Positions 12,149 to 23,282 of a stretch of DNA of 64,000 nucleotides are shown piece by piece. The notes below the pieces were generated by a model. The model was not told the origin of the DNA and did not search any database. It worked only from the letters and a program-made list of their open reading frames with translations. Numbering within the stretch: position 1 is the first letter of the stretch; each line of letters starts with the position of its first letter. The position numbers and the translations under genes are program-made. Source of the stretch: Selaginella moellendorffii (taxonomy: Eukaryota > Plantae > Lycopodiophyta); NCBI RefSeq assembly GCF_000143415.4, contig NW_003314297.1:1217430-1281429 (forward strand), read 5' to 3'.

Positions 12149-14805
12149 CACTCCCACGTGTCATGTGTTGGTCCTTTTGGGTCCCTTTTTGGAGCCTCGC
12201 CTTTTGCTCGCTTCGTGCTCGTTCCTCGAGCACTTCGTTGGGAGTTCCACTCCCGCTCTTGACTTTTCAAGTCGGAGCTTTTGGTCCAAATGTATTACGC
12301 TCGTTTGGCTCTCGCTTCGGCCACTACCATGTGGCGCCCTTCCGGCTCCACTTTGGGGCCTAGGGATTTTGTGTCTCACAATTAAGTGCGGAAATGGAGG
12401 TATTGGTTCTCCTTGGCGCATGTGATCATGGGATGAGATTTGGATATACTGTCACTGTGGATCCTTGGAACCTTGGGGGATAAATGGGAATAAAATAGCC
12501 ACTAAGGGCTCTCTCATCAAGCAATTACCCATTTTCCAGTTGACTTAAGTGGAGAGAGATAAGGTGTGTTACACCTTCCCCCCCTTCCTTTGGGCTTTCA
12601 CAATGGAAGGATTGGTAGATTGAGTATGGAAATGGAGGTATTAGTTCTCCTTGGCGCATGTGATCATGGGATGAGATTTGGATATACTGTCACCGTGGAT
12701 CCTTGGAACCTTGGGGGATAAATGGGGATAAAATAACCACTAAGGGCTCTCTCATCAAGCAATTGCCCCTTTTCCAGTTGGCTTAAGTGGAGAGAAATAA
12801 GGTGTATTACACCTTCCCCCCCTTCTTTTGGGCTTTCACCCCTGAATCTCAATTTTTGTCTCAATCTCCATCTTGGATTTGATCTTGGTCTCTATCTTGG
12901 ACTCTTTCTCAGACTTCATCTCAAACTCCTTTTTGGACTCCATCTCAGACTCCATCTTAGACTCCATCTCAGACTCCATCTCAGACTCCTTCTCAAACTC
13001 CATCTCAAACTCCTTCTTATACTCTATCTCAAACTCCATCTCAGATTTAGTTCCAACACTTTCATATGTCATGGCACTTGCTATGTGTCAATCCTTCTTG
13101 TATCTATTTTTAGAGACCCATTCATCAATCGCTTTGTGCTCATTCCTTGAGCACTTCATTTAGAGTTCCATTCTTGTTTTTAATTTTTGAGTCAGAGCTT
13201 TTAATTCAAATGTGTTACACTTGTTGAATTTTCACTTCAACAACTGCCATGTGACACACTTGTGACTTCACTTTGGGGTTTAGGGATTTGTGCCTCATAA
13301 CTCCACCACCCATAAACAAAGTTTGATGTCCTTATCGAACAATAACCCACTTTATAAAGTAACCCTATCATAAATTATCATTTTTATCCATAGTACCAAG
13401 CCCATATTCATCAATGGTTCGACACTAAAGGCTCACCATGCCTTGCCCATCCTCTAAAGAGCATAGTCTTTCCAATTTAGAGTCTCATAAGATTATATAT
13501 AATGGTCTTTTCTATTTATTCATTTAATTTTCATTAAACATGTTAGAGACACCTTCTCTATCTCAATCTTACTACCCATTCTAGAGTAATTTTAGCCTTT
13601 AGCAATAGAGTCATTATACTTCAGAATTTTAATATTGACTTCTCAAGTTAATTTCTTAGGTGTTTCCAACACTTTGATTGCCCATGTTGTGCAAACTCCA
13701 CTTCCCTATCTTAGGAAGTTCTTTACTAAAAGGCATCATTATCCTCTCTCTTATTTCATACCACCCTAGACATTAAATTTCACATATTCTTAATTTGTAC
13801 TAAAGTTATCCATAGTTTTATCATTTGGCTATCTTGCTATTCCATTTCTTGAAACTTTCACCTTCACCAAATTGGAGCATTTAGAAATCCCATATTTGAA
13901 AACTTATTTTCTTTCCCACAATCCATTAACATTCACCACCTAATGATTCCTTACTTAATTTATACTTTGGATTCCTTTTAGTAACTACTAAAGCTTATAT
14001 TTGGCAACCACTAGTCTTTTGTTTTTATCTTTTAATTATTACACCAAGTAATATAAAATCACTACCTCCATTTTTGAGGTATCCTTTTGGTTCTATAGCA
14101 AAAGCTTTGCTTTGCCAAGTTTAGAAAAGATCCCCCCTAGTAAGTTTCTTTAGCATTTTCTATTCTAGGCTATATCCTTGACTTAATCTTGTGACCCTCA
14201 TTTGGGTCCTTCTTTAGAGACTATCTTTTTAAAATTCATAATACCATTGTATTATCATAATTTATTTCACCTAGGTGCCTTTCCCATTTGGTCACCTTAA
14301 CTAAGTTACATTATTATTAACAGTTCAAATCAACACTTTGAATTAGAAAACTTATTTTTAACTTAACAAAAAGTTTATCTTTGTTTAGCCATAGGATCAC
14401 TTAGTGATCTTATGTTCATATATTAACATGTCTACCAATAGGTACTAGGTCTGCCAAACCTTTAAATTGTTGACCATGACTCTGAAGGCATCCCCCACAC
14501 TTGGTAGTGTGTCCAAGTTAGCCATTTTGGCCAAGGGTCCATAGCAATTAATATTGGGTGTCCCTATCTCATTCACCATGTCTTTGATGCCACTTGTGTT
14601 CAAGTTAAATATATTAAGCTTTTACACTAAACACTATAACCATGCATCATAACTTTGGGGCATCCTTTACTTGGCATTGTGCCCAAGCCAACCTCTTTAG
14701 CAAGAGTCTATGATTGTCAAAAAATAAGTGTCTTTATATTTCAAACCATCACCATGCCCTAATAAATTGGGACTCAAACCCAAGCATTAGAAAGTTAGAA
14801 CTCAA

Positions 14806-15988
14806 TATAGTGAACATGAATTTGGAGATGAATTCCAAGCTTATTGTACTACAAAACAAGGTATATTCTTAATTCTACAAGCACTAACTCCCCATATCTA
14901 GCACTTGCATGTAAAACAGTGTCAGATGGTATCTGGCACAATTTTGGCATACTAATGGCTTAACGCGAGGAGGAGGGTACTTTACCAACTAAAACAATAT
15001 GGAGCTTGGGTTTAGACTTAAATTGAATGCAGAACAAGGACCTAGTGGAAGCCAAACTAATGTCTCAGGAGGGTTGGATATACATTCCAACCACTATCCA
15101 TACTATACATTTAGAACCCCTATAGCGAGGGTGTTTGGTGGACACAATAAGCATATAATGATATTTAAGGATTAGTCTCAATATCATAGTGTTTCCAATG
15201 CTAGCAAGTGTAAGCCAATAACATAAGTTTCTCATCACTATATCAAGTATGTTTGATTTTAATAACAACTTGGAATTTCCTTCTTTAATGCCCTTTTGGT
15301 CTAAGTGCACATGTGCTAGCTAGTTTCTCAACTAACTTGGGCAGAGACCATAAAAGGAACCAACAATACCAACCTTTTGTCATCATGATAGTAAAGAGAG
15401 AGTGTTTGTAAGGACTGGCTGACAAATATCTTTCGATACCCAAAGTCATATTCGTAACACTCTCCCCCCCTTAGAGAAGATCAACGTCCTCATCAATGTA
15501 TACCCTAGTTTAACAAACTGCCAAGAAAATAACTTTAAAAGTTAATGGATAGCACATTATATGGGAAACACACTAACTTAAATAAATGATAGAACTACCT
15601 CTTATTTACATCCAAAGATGTTAAAACTCAAACACCTTTTGGCTATCACTAATAAGGAAATGACTAATAGAATGAGCCACCCTTGCTGCTCTTAAGTACC
15701 ACTCAGCTTACAATGAAATGATACATCCCTGCCTACAGGGACATAGGGAAAGAGCCAAAAGCCCAACTTCTCTAAGCAAGAAATCAACACTGTCGAGAAG
15801 ATTTAGATAATTATTATAAACTAACAGATAAAGTTGTTTATATAACCACACCCCTTTTCAAAAATGAGTCAATGAAAGAGAGGTGGGGATTTGTGATCAA
15901 TCTATAATAATTATCCCCATGGTTATGGATTGTACCTATGCATTGAAGTGCCAAAGTCAACCTGCTAAAATTGACTCAAGAATTAACA
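14806..15988 (-). mobile_element. Inverted 3' end (3' UTR, PPT, LTR) of the chromovirus family
   Basis: Reverse complement of ~21807-23259. PPT gggggggagag precedes TGTTACG at 15459 on the minus strand. The LTR has an internal deletion relative to the right-hand copy. Confidence 0.85.
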
Positions 15989-16190
15989 AGACTTATGTGG
16001 AGCAACTATGCCAAGGTTGGTTTTGAGTTACTAAGGTGATGGGCAAAGCTCAAGATAGGTATCAACGTGATAAAAATCAATATTATCAGGATGTATCCTA
16101 TCAAATGGGAGATCAAGTGTGGCTATCTTCCCAAAACTTGAATGTCAAGGGGTCTTTGTCTTAGAAATTGTTACCAAGGTATATCAAGCC
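15989..16190 (+). mobile_element. Duplicated integrase-region fragment
   Basis: agacttatgtggagcaactatgccaaggttgg... matches 20588-20790 in the same orientation. Confidence 0.85.
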
Positions 16191-16440
16191 TAACAACAAG
16201 GACTAACACTTCATACATTGGTTTTGGTACTAAATTCAGGTGTGTTACATTTGGTATTAGAGGAATTGTTTCAGTGATTTCTATCCAACTTTTGTTAGAA
16301 TTTCTGACTCAAGTTGCATACGCAGAGACTTTTTTAGTAGATCTGAAGCGGCCTGTGTAGGATTAACTAGATTGCACCATTCAGTAAGAACATTTTATAC
16401 ATGTTCAGTTACTGATAGATGCATGCATGCAGCTAATGGG

Positions 16441-19400
16441 ATGGTGAAAAGAAACCGTGCTGCTGACGCTGAAACCTCTAGACGGGTGAATCAAAAGGAG
16501 GAAACTCCTGCTAGAGATGTTTCGGAAGAGGATGAGGCTGAGTCAAAAGAGGAAGAGTTAAATGCTGCAGCACTACAACATATGGCTCCGGAAGTCGAGA
16601 TCAAGAATTTGCGAAAGGAAGTTCACAAATTGAAGAAGAGGAATAAGAGGAGGAAAAAAGAAGCTGAGGCAGTTAAACCAGTTAAGCCTAGGCAACCAGA
16701 CTCCTCTTCAAGTTTTGAGGATGATGAAGTTCTAGAACTACCCCCGATTGCACGAGTTTCAAAGTTCAAGCCTCCAAAACCACCCAATTTCAGAGGCATG
16801 CGGGACTATCAGGTTTTGGAAGACTGGGTCTACAATATGGAAAACTATTTCATAGCGGTAGACGTAGATGATCATACAAAAGTTGTGTGCGCGCAATCCT
16901 TTCTCACCGATCATGCCAAAACTTGGTGGTGCCAAGTGTGTGCTGAAAAAGGGCAGACTAGAAGTTGGACCAAGATGTGGTCTCGTATCCATAAGAAATA
17001 CTTGCCGGATGATTTTGGTTTGAGACTTCGTGTGGAGCTACGGCAGTTAAAGTAGCGAGGGGACCTTATGCATTATATTAATGCGTTTGCTCATAAATGC
17101 ATTATAATTATAAATATGAGTGACGAAGATGCTCAGAGTTATTTTCTAGAGGGTTTAAGTTCACTTTCTCGTAATGAGATTTTGAAGTTTAAGCCGAAGA
17201 CATATCTGGAGTGTACACAGCAAGTTGCCTTTAGTCACTCACTCATGGAACAATATCAATAGCTGTATACTGGTATCTCGAACAAGAAAAAGAATTCTGA
17301 GAATAAACAAGGTGATTAAAAATAGAGAGTGGAAAGAAGGTTCCGCCTTGAAAGCTCACAAACAACGGTTAACAAAGGTGGTGGTGGTTGGAGACCACTA
17401 GCAACTTCTTTTAGTCCTAGGCCCTTTGTTCCTCCTGGTGGGTACAAGTAGTAGCAACTTGCAAAACTTGCTTTTAGTGGAACGGGTAGTGTGGGTCATT
17501 GTTTCCATTGTGGAGAGTTAGGACATAGGTCTTTGGAATGTCTCAACAAGCATAAGACAAGGTTTTGTGTTAATATTATGAAGGAAGATGGTGGTGGTGA
17601 AGCTGAAAGGGTTAACGAGTTGGTCAATGCAGACTATGAGGAAAAGGAGGTGAGTTACTTTCGTTGCTTTCCTCAAGCTTTTCTCGCAATCAATACAAAC
17701 ACTGATCTGTTGATGTATTTGGTAGGCTTTGTCCGCGGACACCAAATCCGAGTGATGATTGACATAGGAGCTACACACAGCATGATATCTAAAGACTTAG
17801 CTAAGTTGTTAAGATTGAATCCTGAGCAAATGTCACTTCCGGTTTGTAAAAGGTGGGCAAGTAGCCAGAAAATTTGTGAGTGATGTTCCAATAAAAATGT
17901 CCAAGTGGAAAAAAAGAGTGGACTTGGTAGTGTTGAAGATACCAAATTTTCAAATAGTGTTTGGTATGGATTTCTTCAACAAATATATTAAAGGGATTTA
18001 TGATACTGGACAAAGCTATATCACATTTAAGTTAGAAGGATGTCCTGATATGTCCTTCCAGTTGCAAAAGATCTCCTAAAAGGATTGGGATGTTAAGTCA
18101 CCAACACTCTCAACTTTTATCATTTGAACCCAAAAGGTTTGATATCCCTTCTCAGCTGCTTTTTGAGCGGCTCTCACAATCAAGAACTCAATTTGAATTG
18201 GTGATGGGGTTGATCCTATACCAAAGAAGATATTGGAGTTTTTGGCACAGAATCAGGATATCTTCCCAAATGATTTGCCACTAGGGCTACCTCCTAGCCA
18301 TGAAGTTGATCATCGAATTAAGGTTATTCTAGGTTCTAAACCACCTACAAAAGCTCTGTATCGGTTGAACATCAAGGAGATGGCTGAACTCACGAAGCAA
18401 CTCATGGAGCTTCTTGACAAAGGTCATATTCAACTAAGTAAGTCACCTCATAGAGCATCAATCCTTTTTGTTATGAAAAAGGATAGAACCATGAGGATGT
18501 GTATCGATTATCGGGCACTCAACAAGATCACGGTCAAAAACAACTATCCTTTACCTTGCATTGATGACTTATTTGACCAACTCTTAAAGGTTAAGTATTT
18601 TATGCGACTTAATTTGTGGTTTGGGTATCATTAGATACGGGTGGTGGATCAGGATGTGGAGAAGATAACCTTAAGACTCGGTACGGATCTTATGAGTTCT
18701 TTGTCATACCATTTGGGTTATGCAATGCTCTGGCAACGTTCAGCACTATGATGGATAGAATATTTAGAGATTATTTAGACATATTTGTGTTTCTATATAT
18801 TGACGATATTCTAGTCTTCAGTGAAATGTTGGAGGATCATTTAAAACACTTGGAGCTGGTGTTCCAGAAATTGCATGAACACAAATTGTATGCTAAGAAA
18901 AGTAAATTTGCTTTTGGATAATTGCACGTGAACTTTCTTAGACATATAATTGGTGGTGGCATAATTGAGGTGAATCCAAAGAAGGTTGAAATGGTGAAGT
19001 CTTAGGAAGTTCCGACCACTGTATTAGATGTTTGTTCCTTTCTCGGTTTGCGGGATACTATCCCAAGTTTGTCTGCAATTTTGCAAGAATTGGTCTTCCG
19101 TTGACTGAGTTAACGAAGAGTAGTATATCGTTTCATTGGACACCAGCTTGTGAGCGTGCTTTTGTACGGTTGAAGGAGATCTTGACTATGGTTTCTATTC
19201 TCAGAATCCCGGATCTTGATAAACCCTTTGAAGTGCATTGTGATGCATCTAACTACGCTATAGGTGCCATGTTACAGCAAGATTGTGACAAAGCGGTTGG
19301 CATTACACTAAGGTGACATGATTGTCCCATTGTGTTCTATTCCAAGAAATTGGATGAAACCCAACGAAGATGGCCAACGCATGAGAAAGAGATGTTTGTT

Positions 19401-21132
19401 ATAGTATTGGCATTGGAACACTGAAGACACTATTTGGGTGAACATACCAAAGTTTATACAGATAGTAACACACTAAGCTACTTTGCTATGCAGCTTAAGC
19501 TTATGCCGAAGCAAGCCCGTTAGCAAGAGAAGTTCGCTAGATTTAATATTGAAATCATCTATAAACTTGGTGAAGACAATATTGTTCGGATGCCTTGAGT
19601 CGTCAGGCTCAATTCCGGGCAATATCAGCAATTAATGTGGACTGATTAGAGGATGTTCGAGCTTCGTATGGAAGTGATCCATTCACAAAGGCAATCTTGC
19701 ACCATGCAGAGTTGTCGAAGTAGAACCCTGATAGCAAAGCAGTGAAAGTTGCTAGTTGAACCAATGTGAAGCTTCACTTCTTAGTTCGGGATGGGCTTAT
19801 ATTCTATAAGCAAGAAAGATTGTATCTTCCCTTTAAGGATTTGCAATAGTTTTTTTTGCAGGAACATCATGAGCAATCTTAGCAATGGGACATGGTGGAA
19901 AGTGAAAGACTCTAGCTTCATTGAAAAGGGGATTTTTTTGGTCTGGTATAGAAGGTGATGTAGTGGATGTCTGTTTGTGCCTTATATGCCAGCAATGTAA
20001 GTGCAGAACTGAGAAGCAGGCTAGAAAGTTGCAGTGCATTCCAGCACCAGCATAGCCATTTCAGAGTGTGACACTTGATTTCGTCACTCACTTGCCGAAG
20101 TCTAAGGGTTATGTTACTTTGATGGTGGTTATGGATTAGTTGTCCAAGCTTGCACACTTCATTCCAATTGTGGGAATAGTAAATGCAAAACAAGTAGCAA
20201 ATTTTTTTTTCCATGAAATAGTGCAGGTTTGTGGTCTTCCCGAAGAGATAATCTCGGATAGAGATTTGAGATTTACAAAAAAGTTTTGGGGCACACTATT
20301 CTAGTTGTTCGGAACCAAGTTGAAGTTAAGTACGGCTTATCATCCTTAAACTAATGGGCAGACTGAATGTGTGAATGCTCAAGTTGAGTATTATCTGCGG
20401 TACTATGTCGTGGCATACCAACACAATTGGGTTGAGCATTTGGACATAGCAGAAATTTGTTATAACAACACATTTCACAACGCTATTGGCTGTTCTCCAT
20501 GGGAGATGCTGCAAGGGAATGCTCACAGGGTGCCTCAACAGATTGTTGTACCGAAACCAATGTCTAAAGTGTTGGTCCCGGCTATTGAGACTTATGCGGA
20601 GCAGCTATGCCAAGGTTGGTTTAGAGCTACTGAGGCAATGGGCAAAGCTCAAGATAGGTATCAATGTGATAAGGATCAACATTGTCGGGATGTATCCTAT
20701 CAAGTGGAATATCAGGTGTGGCTATCTTCCTAGAACTTAAACATTAAGGGATCTTTACCTTGGAAGTTGTTACTGAGATATATTGGACCCTATTGGGTGT
20801 TGAAACAATTTGGTGATGTATCCTATCAGTTGGATATTCCCTAAGCGATGTCCAAACTTCATGATATGTTTCATGTCAGTTTACTAACCCCATATCATGA
20901 GGATCCTGGCCGCTCTTGGACTGTCCGGCCGGCTCCAAATGTTATTAATGGTGAACCAGAGTATGAGGTTGAGGCTATTCTTTTGTTTCGTAAGGCACGT
21001 GGTGGTTGAACCAAAGAATATTTAGTTAAGTGGAAAGGTTACCTATCTTGTGAATCAACTTGGGAGCCTCTTAGGAATCTTACACATACTCGTGAGCTTG
21101 TCATTAAGTATGAGAATCATAATAAAGAATAG
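16441..21132 (+). pseudogene. Disrupted gag-pol (Gag, CCHC knuckle, protease, RT, RNase H, integrase, chromodomain)
   Basis: Gag AKTWW, knuckle CFHCGELGHRSLEC, protease [24 protein letters not shown]...YIDDILV, RNase H CDASNYAIGA, integrase remnants and chromodomain EYEVEAIL...YLVKWKGY...TWEP. Many stops and frameshifts. Confidence 0.93.
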
Positions 21133-21175
21133 TTTTGTAAATCTTGTAATAAATCTTGCAAATCAATAAAGTAAT

Positions 21176-21768
21176 TGTAAGCTCCTGAGTTTGGACTTCC
21201 CGGGAGGTCACCCAGCCCAGTACTATTCAAGCCCAAGGACGCTTAACTCCAACTATCCCAAGACCCTTAACCGATTGGAAAAGGGGGTGCACTCTTGTTC
21301 ATGGGCCCTTTCCCTCTATATTTGAACCCCATGGATCGTCTCTCGAGTCGTTCCCTTTGGTTGCTTACAATCCACCACGCTTCCCTGCAAGTTCACGCCC
21401 TCGTGAACGGAAGCTGAGAGCCGCAGCTCTCCCGAGAGCCTCGCTCTCTTGACACCCTACCCCTCGGGTCGAGCCCAGCGGGAGCAAACTGGACCAGCCA
21501 GATGTCAATCAACATGTGGTGTGATTCCCTTAGCCAACCAACAGAGTCGGACCCAAGACCCCTCTGATACCAAATGTAAGCTCCTGAGTTTGGACTTCCC
21601 GGGAGGTCACCCAGCCCAGTACTATTCAAGCCCAAGGACGCTTAACTCCAACTATCCCAAGACCCTTAACCGATTGGAAAAGGGGGTGCACTCTTGTTCA
21701 TGGGCCCTTTCCCTCTATATTTGAACCCCATGGATCGTCTCTCGAGTCGTTCCCTTTGGTTGCTTACA
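21176..21768 (-). mobile_element. Cassandra TRIM (5S rRNA-derived segment in LTRs), apparently identical LTRs
   Basis: 194-bp LTRs at 21176-21369 and 21575-21768 (TGTAAG...CTTACA). PBS tggtatcagag, PPT gcagggaagcgtggtgga, TSD GTAAT. 5S core gttaagcgtccttggg...agtactgggctgggtgacctcccgggaagtcc. Confidence 0.97.
21193..21248 (-). promoter_or_regulatory. 5S rRNA internal control region (A box / IE / C box) in the Cassandra LTR (second copy 21592-21647)
   Basis: Matches the plant 5S consensus AGTTAAGCGTGCTTGGGCGAGAGTAGTACTAGGATGGGTGACCTCCTGGGAAGTCC over ~56 bp. Confidence 0.9.
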
Positions 21769-23282
21769 GTAATATCTTTTTATAAATGAAAGTTTTGCTT
21801 CTCTCGTTCGTTAGTACTTAGGTCAGTTTTGGCAAGTTGACTTTGGCACTTTGGTGCATGGGTCCAATCCATAACCATGGGGATAACTATTATAGACTGA
21901 TCACAAGTCCCTGCCTCTCTCTCAATGACTCATTTTTGAAAAAAGGTATGGTTGTGTAAACAACTTAATCTGCTAGTTTATAATAGTTGTCTAAATCTTC
22001 CTGACGGGGTTGATTTCTTGCTCAGGGGAAGCTAAGCCTCTGGCCTTCTCCCTATATCCCTGCGGGAAATGATGTATCATTCCTTTTTGTAAACCGAGTG
22101 GCACTCAGAGCATGGCTAACTCCATTAGTCATTTCTTTGTTGGTGACGGCCGGAGGGTGTTTAAGTGTTAACATCTTTGGATGTAGAGGAGAGGTAGTTC
22201 CATAACTCATTTAAGTTGGTGTGTTTCCCACATAATGTGTTTTCCATTAACTTTTGGAGTTGTTTCCTTGACGGTTTGCTAAAGTTGGGTATGCATTGAC
22301 GAGGACGTCGATCTTCCCCAAGGGGGGAAGAGTGTCGTGAATGTGACTTCGGGTATCAAAAAATACTTGTCGGCCAATCCTTATAGACACTCTCTCCTTA
22401 CTGCCACGACAGCAGGAGGTTGGTACTACTAATTCCCTTTATGGTCTCCACCTAAGCTAGTTGATAAATTGGTTAGCACATGTGCAACTTAGACCAGAAG
22501 GGCACTAAAGAAGGAAATCCTAAGTTGTCATTATGTCAAGCATACTTGACACAATGACGAGAAACTCATGTTGTTGGCTTGCACTTGCTAGTGTTGGAAA
22601 CCCTAGCAATATTAAGATTAGTCCCCCAATATTCATTAAATGATAGTTTACTGTGTTTGCTAAACACCCTCACTATCATGCCCTTTGTGTTAATCTCATG
22701 TCTTAAATGGTATTTATGGAAAGTGTCCAGATTCGCTTATTTGGCACATTTATAGAATGTAAAGATTATCCTAAACAAAATGGTGTTTGTCCTATATCCA
22801 TATTCGCAATCTAAGAACATTCCATATTTAGTAAATCTTGAGTTTGTTCTAAAGACTAACTCTTGGTACTAAGGGAGGCTTGGGGTGAAAGCCCAAAGCG
22901 TGTGTTCCTCAAGGAGGGTGGGGGGGAGGAATTATAAAAGGTTTCAAGTGTATAGTAGGGATAGTGGTTAGAATGCATGTCTAACCATTTGAAACATTAA
23001 TTTGGCTTTCACTGAGCTATATTGCTCCTTGTTTTGCATCTGGTTTGGGTTTAAGCCCAAGCTCCACACTGCTTTAGTCAGTGGGGTACCTTCCTCCTCG
23101 CATTAGGCCACCGGTATGCCAAATTGTATCAGACACCATCTGACACTATTTTGTCTGTAGGTGCTGGATATGGAGAATTGGTGCTTATGGGATTATACTA
23201 AACCCTCGTTTCATAGCACAACGAGCTTGGAGTTCTACTCTAAATTCAAGTGCGTTATAGGCCAGACTTGAGAATTGACAAC

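Larger units (their letters stand above)
2827..12380 (-). mobile_element. Young full-length non-autonomous LTR retrotransposon (LARD-like), LTRs ~1.83-1.86 kb
   Basis: 5' LTR 12380-10524 and 3' LTR 4656-2827 (TGTGAGACA...GCTTACA in element sense). PBS tggtatcggagc at ~10509-10520, PPT gggtggtggagt at 4657-4668, perfect TSD ATTAA (2822-2826 / 12381-12385). No intact gag/pol ORF internally. Confidence 0.95.
2411..12811 (+). mobile_element. Small TRIM (161-bp LTR) inserted in the old LTR, split by the young LARD, with a 3' tandem duplication
   Basis: LTR 2411-2571 has 9-bp terminal inverted repeats tgtagcgca...tgcgctaca, followed by PBS tggtatcggagc (tRNA-iMet type). Further LTR copies lie at ~12415-12572 and ~12654-12811. 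The flanks ccttt / ccttc form a near-perfect 5-bp TSD. Confidence 0.85.
1454..14805 (-). mobile_element. Old, CpG-depleted, truncated copy of the LARD-type family (3' LTR split into 1454-2410 and 12812-13299; PPT ~13300; internal region 13300-14805)
   Basis: 1454 tgtaagtaactaaattttt corresponds to 2827 tgtaagcgactaattttt. 13291 tgcctcata-actccaccaccc corresponds to 4648 tgtctcaca-actccaccaccc. 13300-14805 is collinear with 4657-6205, with many C>T and G>A changes. Confidence 0.9.
16230..23259 (+). mobile_element. Decayed Ty3/gypsy chromovirus (5' LTR almost entirely missing)
   Basis: LTR end taaattcaggtgtgttaca, then PBS tttggtattagag at ~16250. gag-pol remnants follow. PPT aaggggggaagag at 22320-22332. 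3' LTR runs from 22333 (TGTCGTG) to ~23259 (taaattcaagtgcgttata). Confidence 0.9.

Noticed and set aside
2827-12380. Retrozyme (hammerhead ribozyme in LTR)
   Set aside because: I found no CUGANGA...GAAA core with proper stems by eye. Near-matches (ctgagagggtgaaa, gtgatgagc) do not fit. An Infernal scan would settle it.
3550-12425. Many 200-390 aa overlapping ORFs (GL-, SD-, RS-, RT-repeat proteins) in all six frames
   Set aside because: They arise from stop-free hexamer and 12-mer arrays in LTRs. Many start at non-ATG codons, and they recur in each LTR copy.
12573-12590. Minus-strand polypurine tract for the TRIM
   Set aside because: This pyrimidine run is the continuation of the host old-LTR sequence after the TSD.
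21193-21248. Genuine 5S rRNA genes
   Set aside because: Only ~56 bp of the 5S internal region, embedded in LTRs with PBS, PPT and TSD; this is Cassandra.
14806-23259. DIRS-like element with inverted terminal repeats
   Set aside because: It encodes a DDE integrase and chromodomain, not a tyrosine recombinase. The inversion is better explained by rearrangement.
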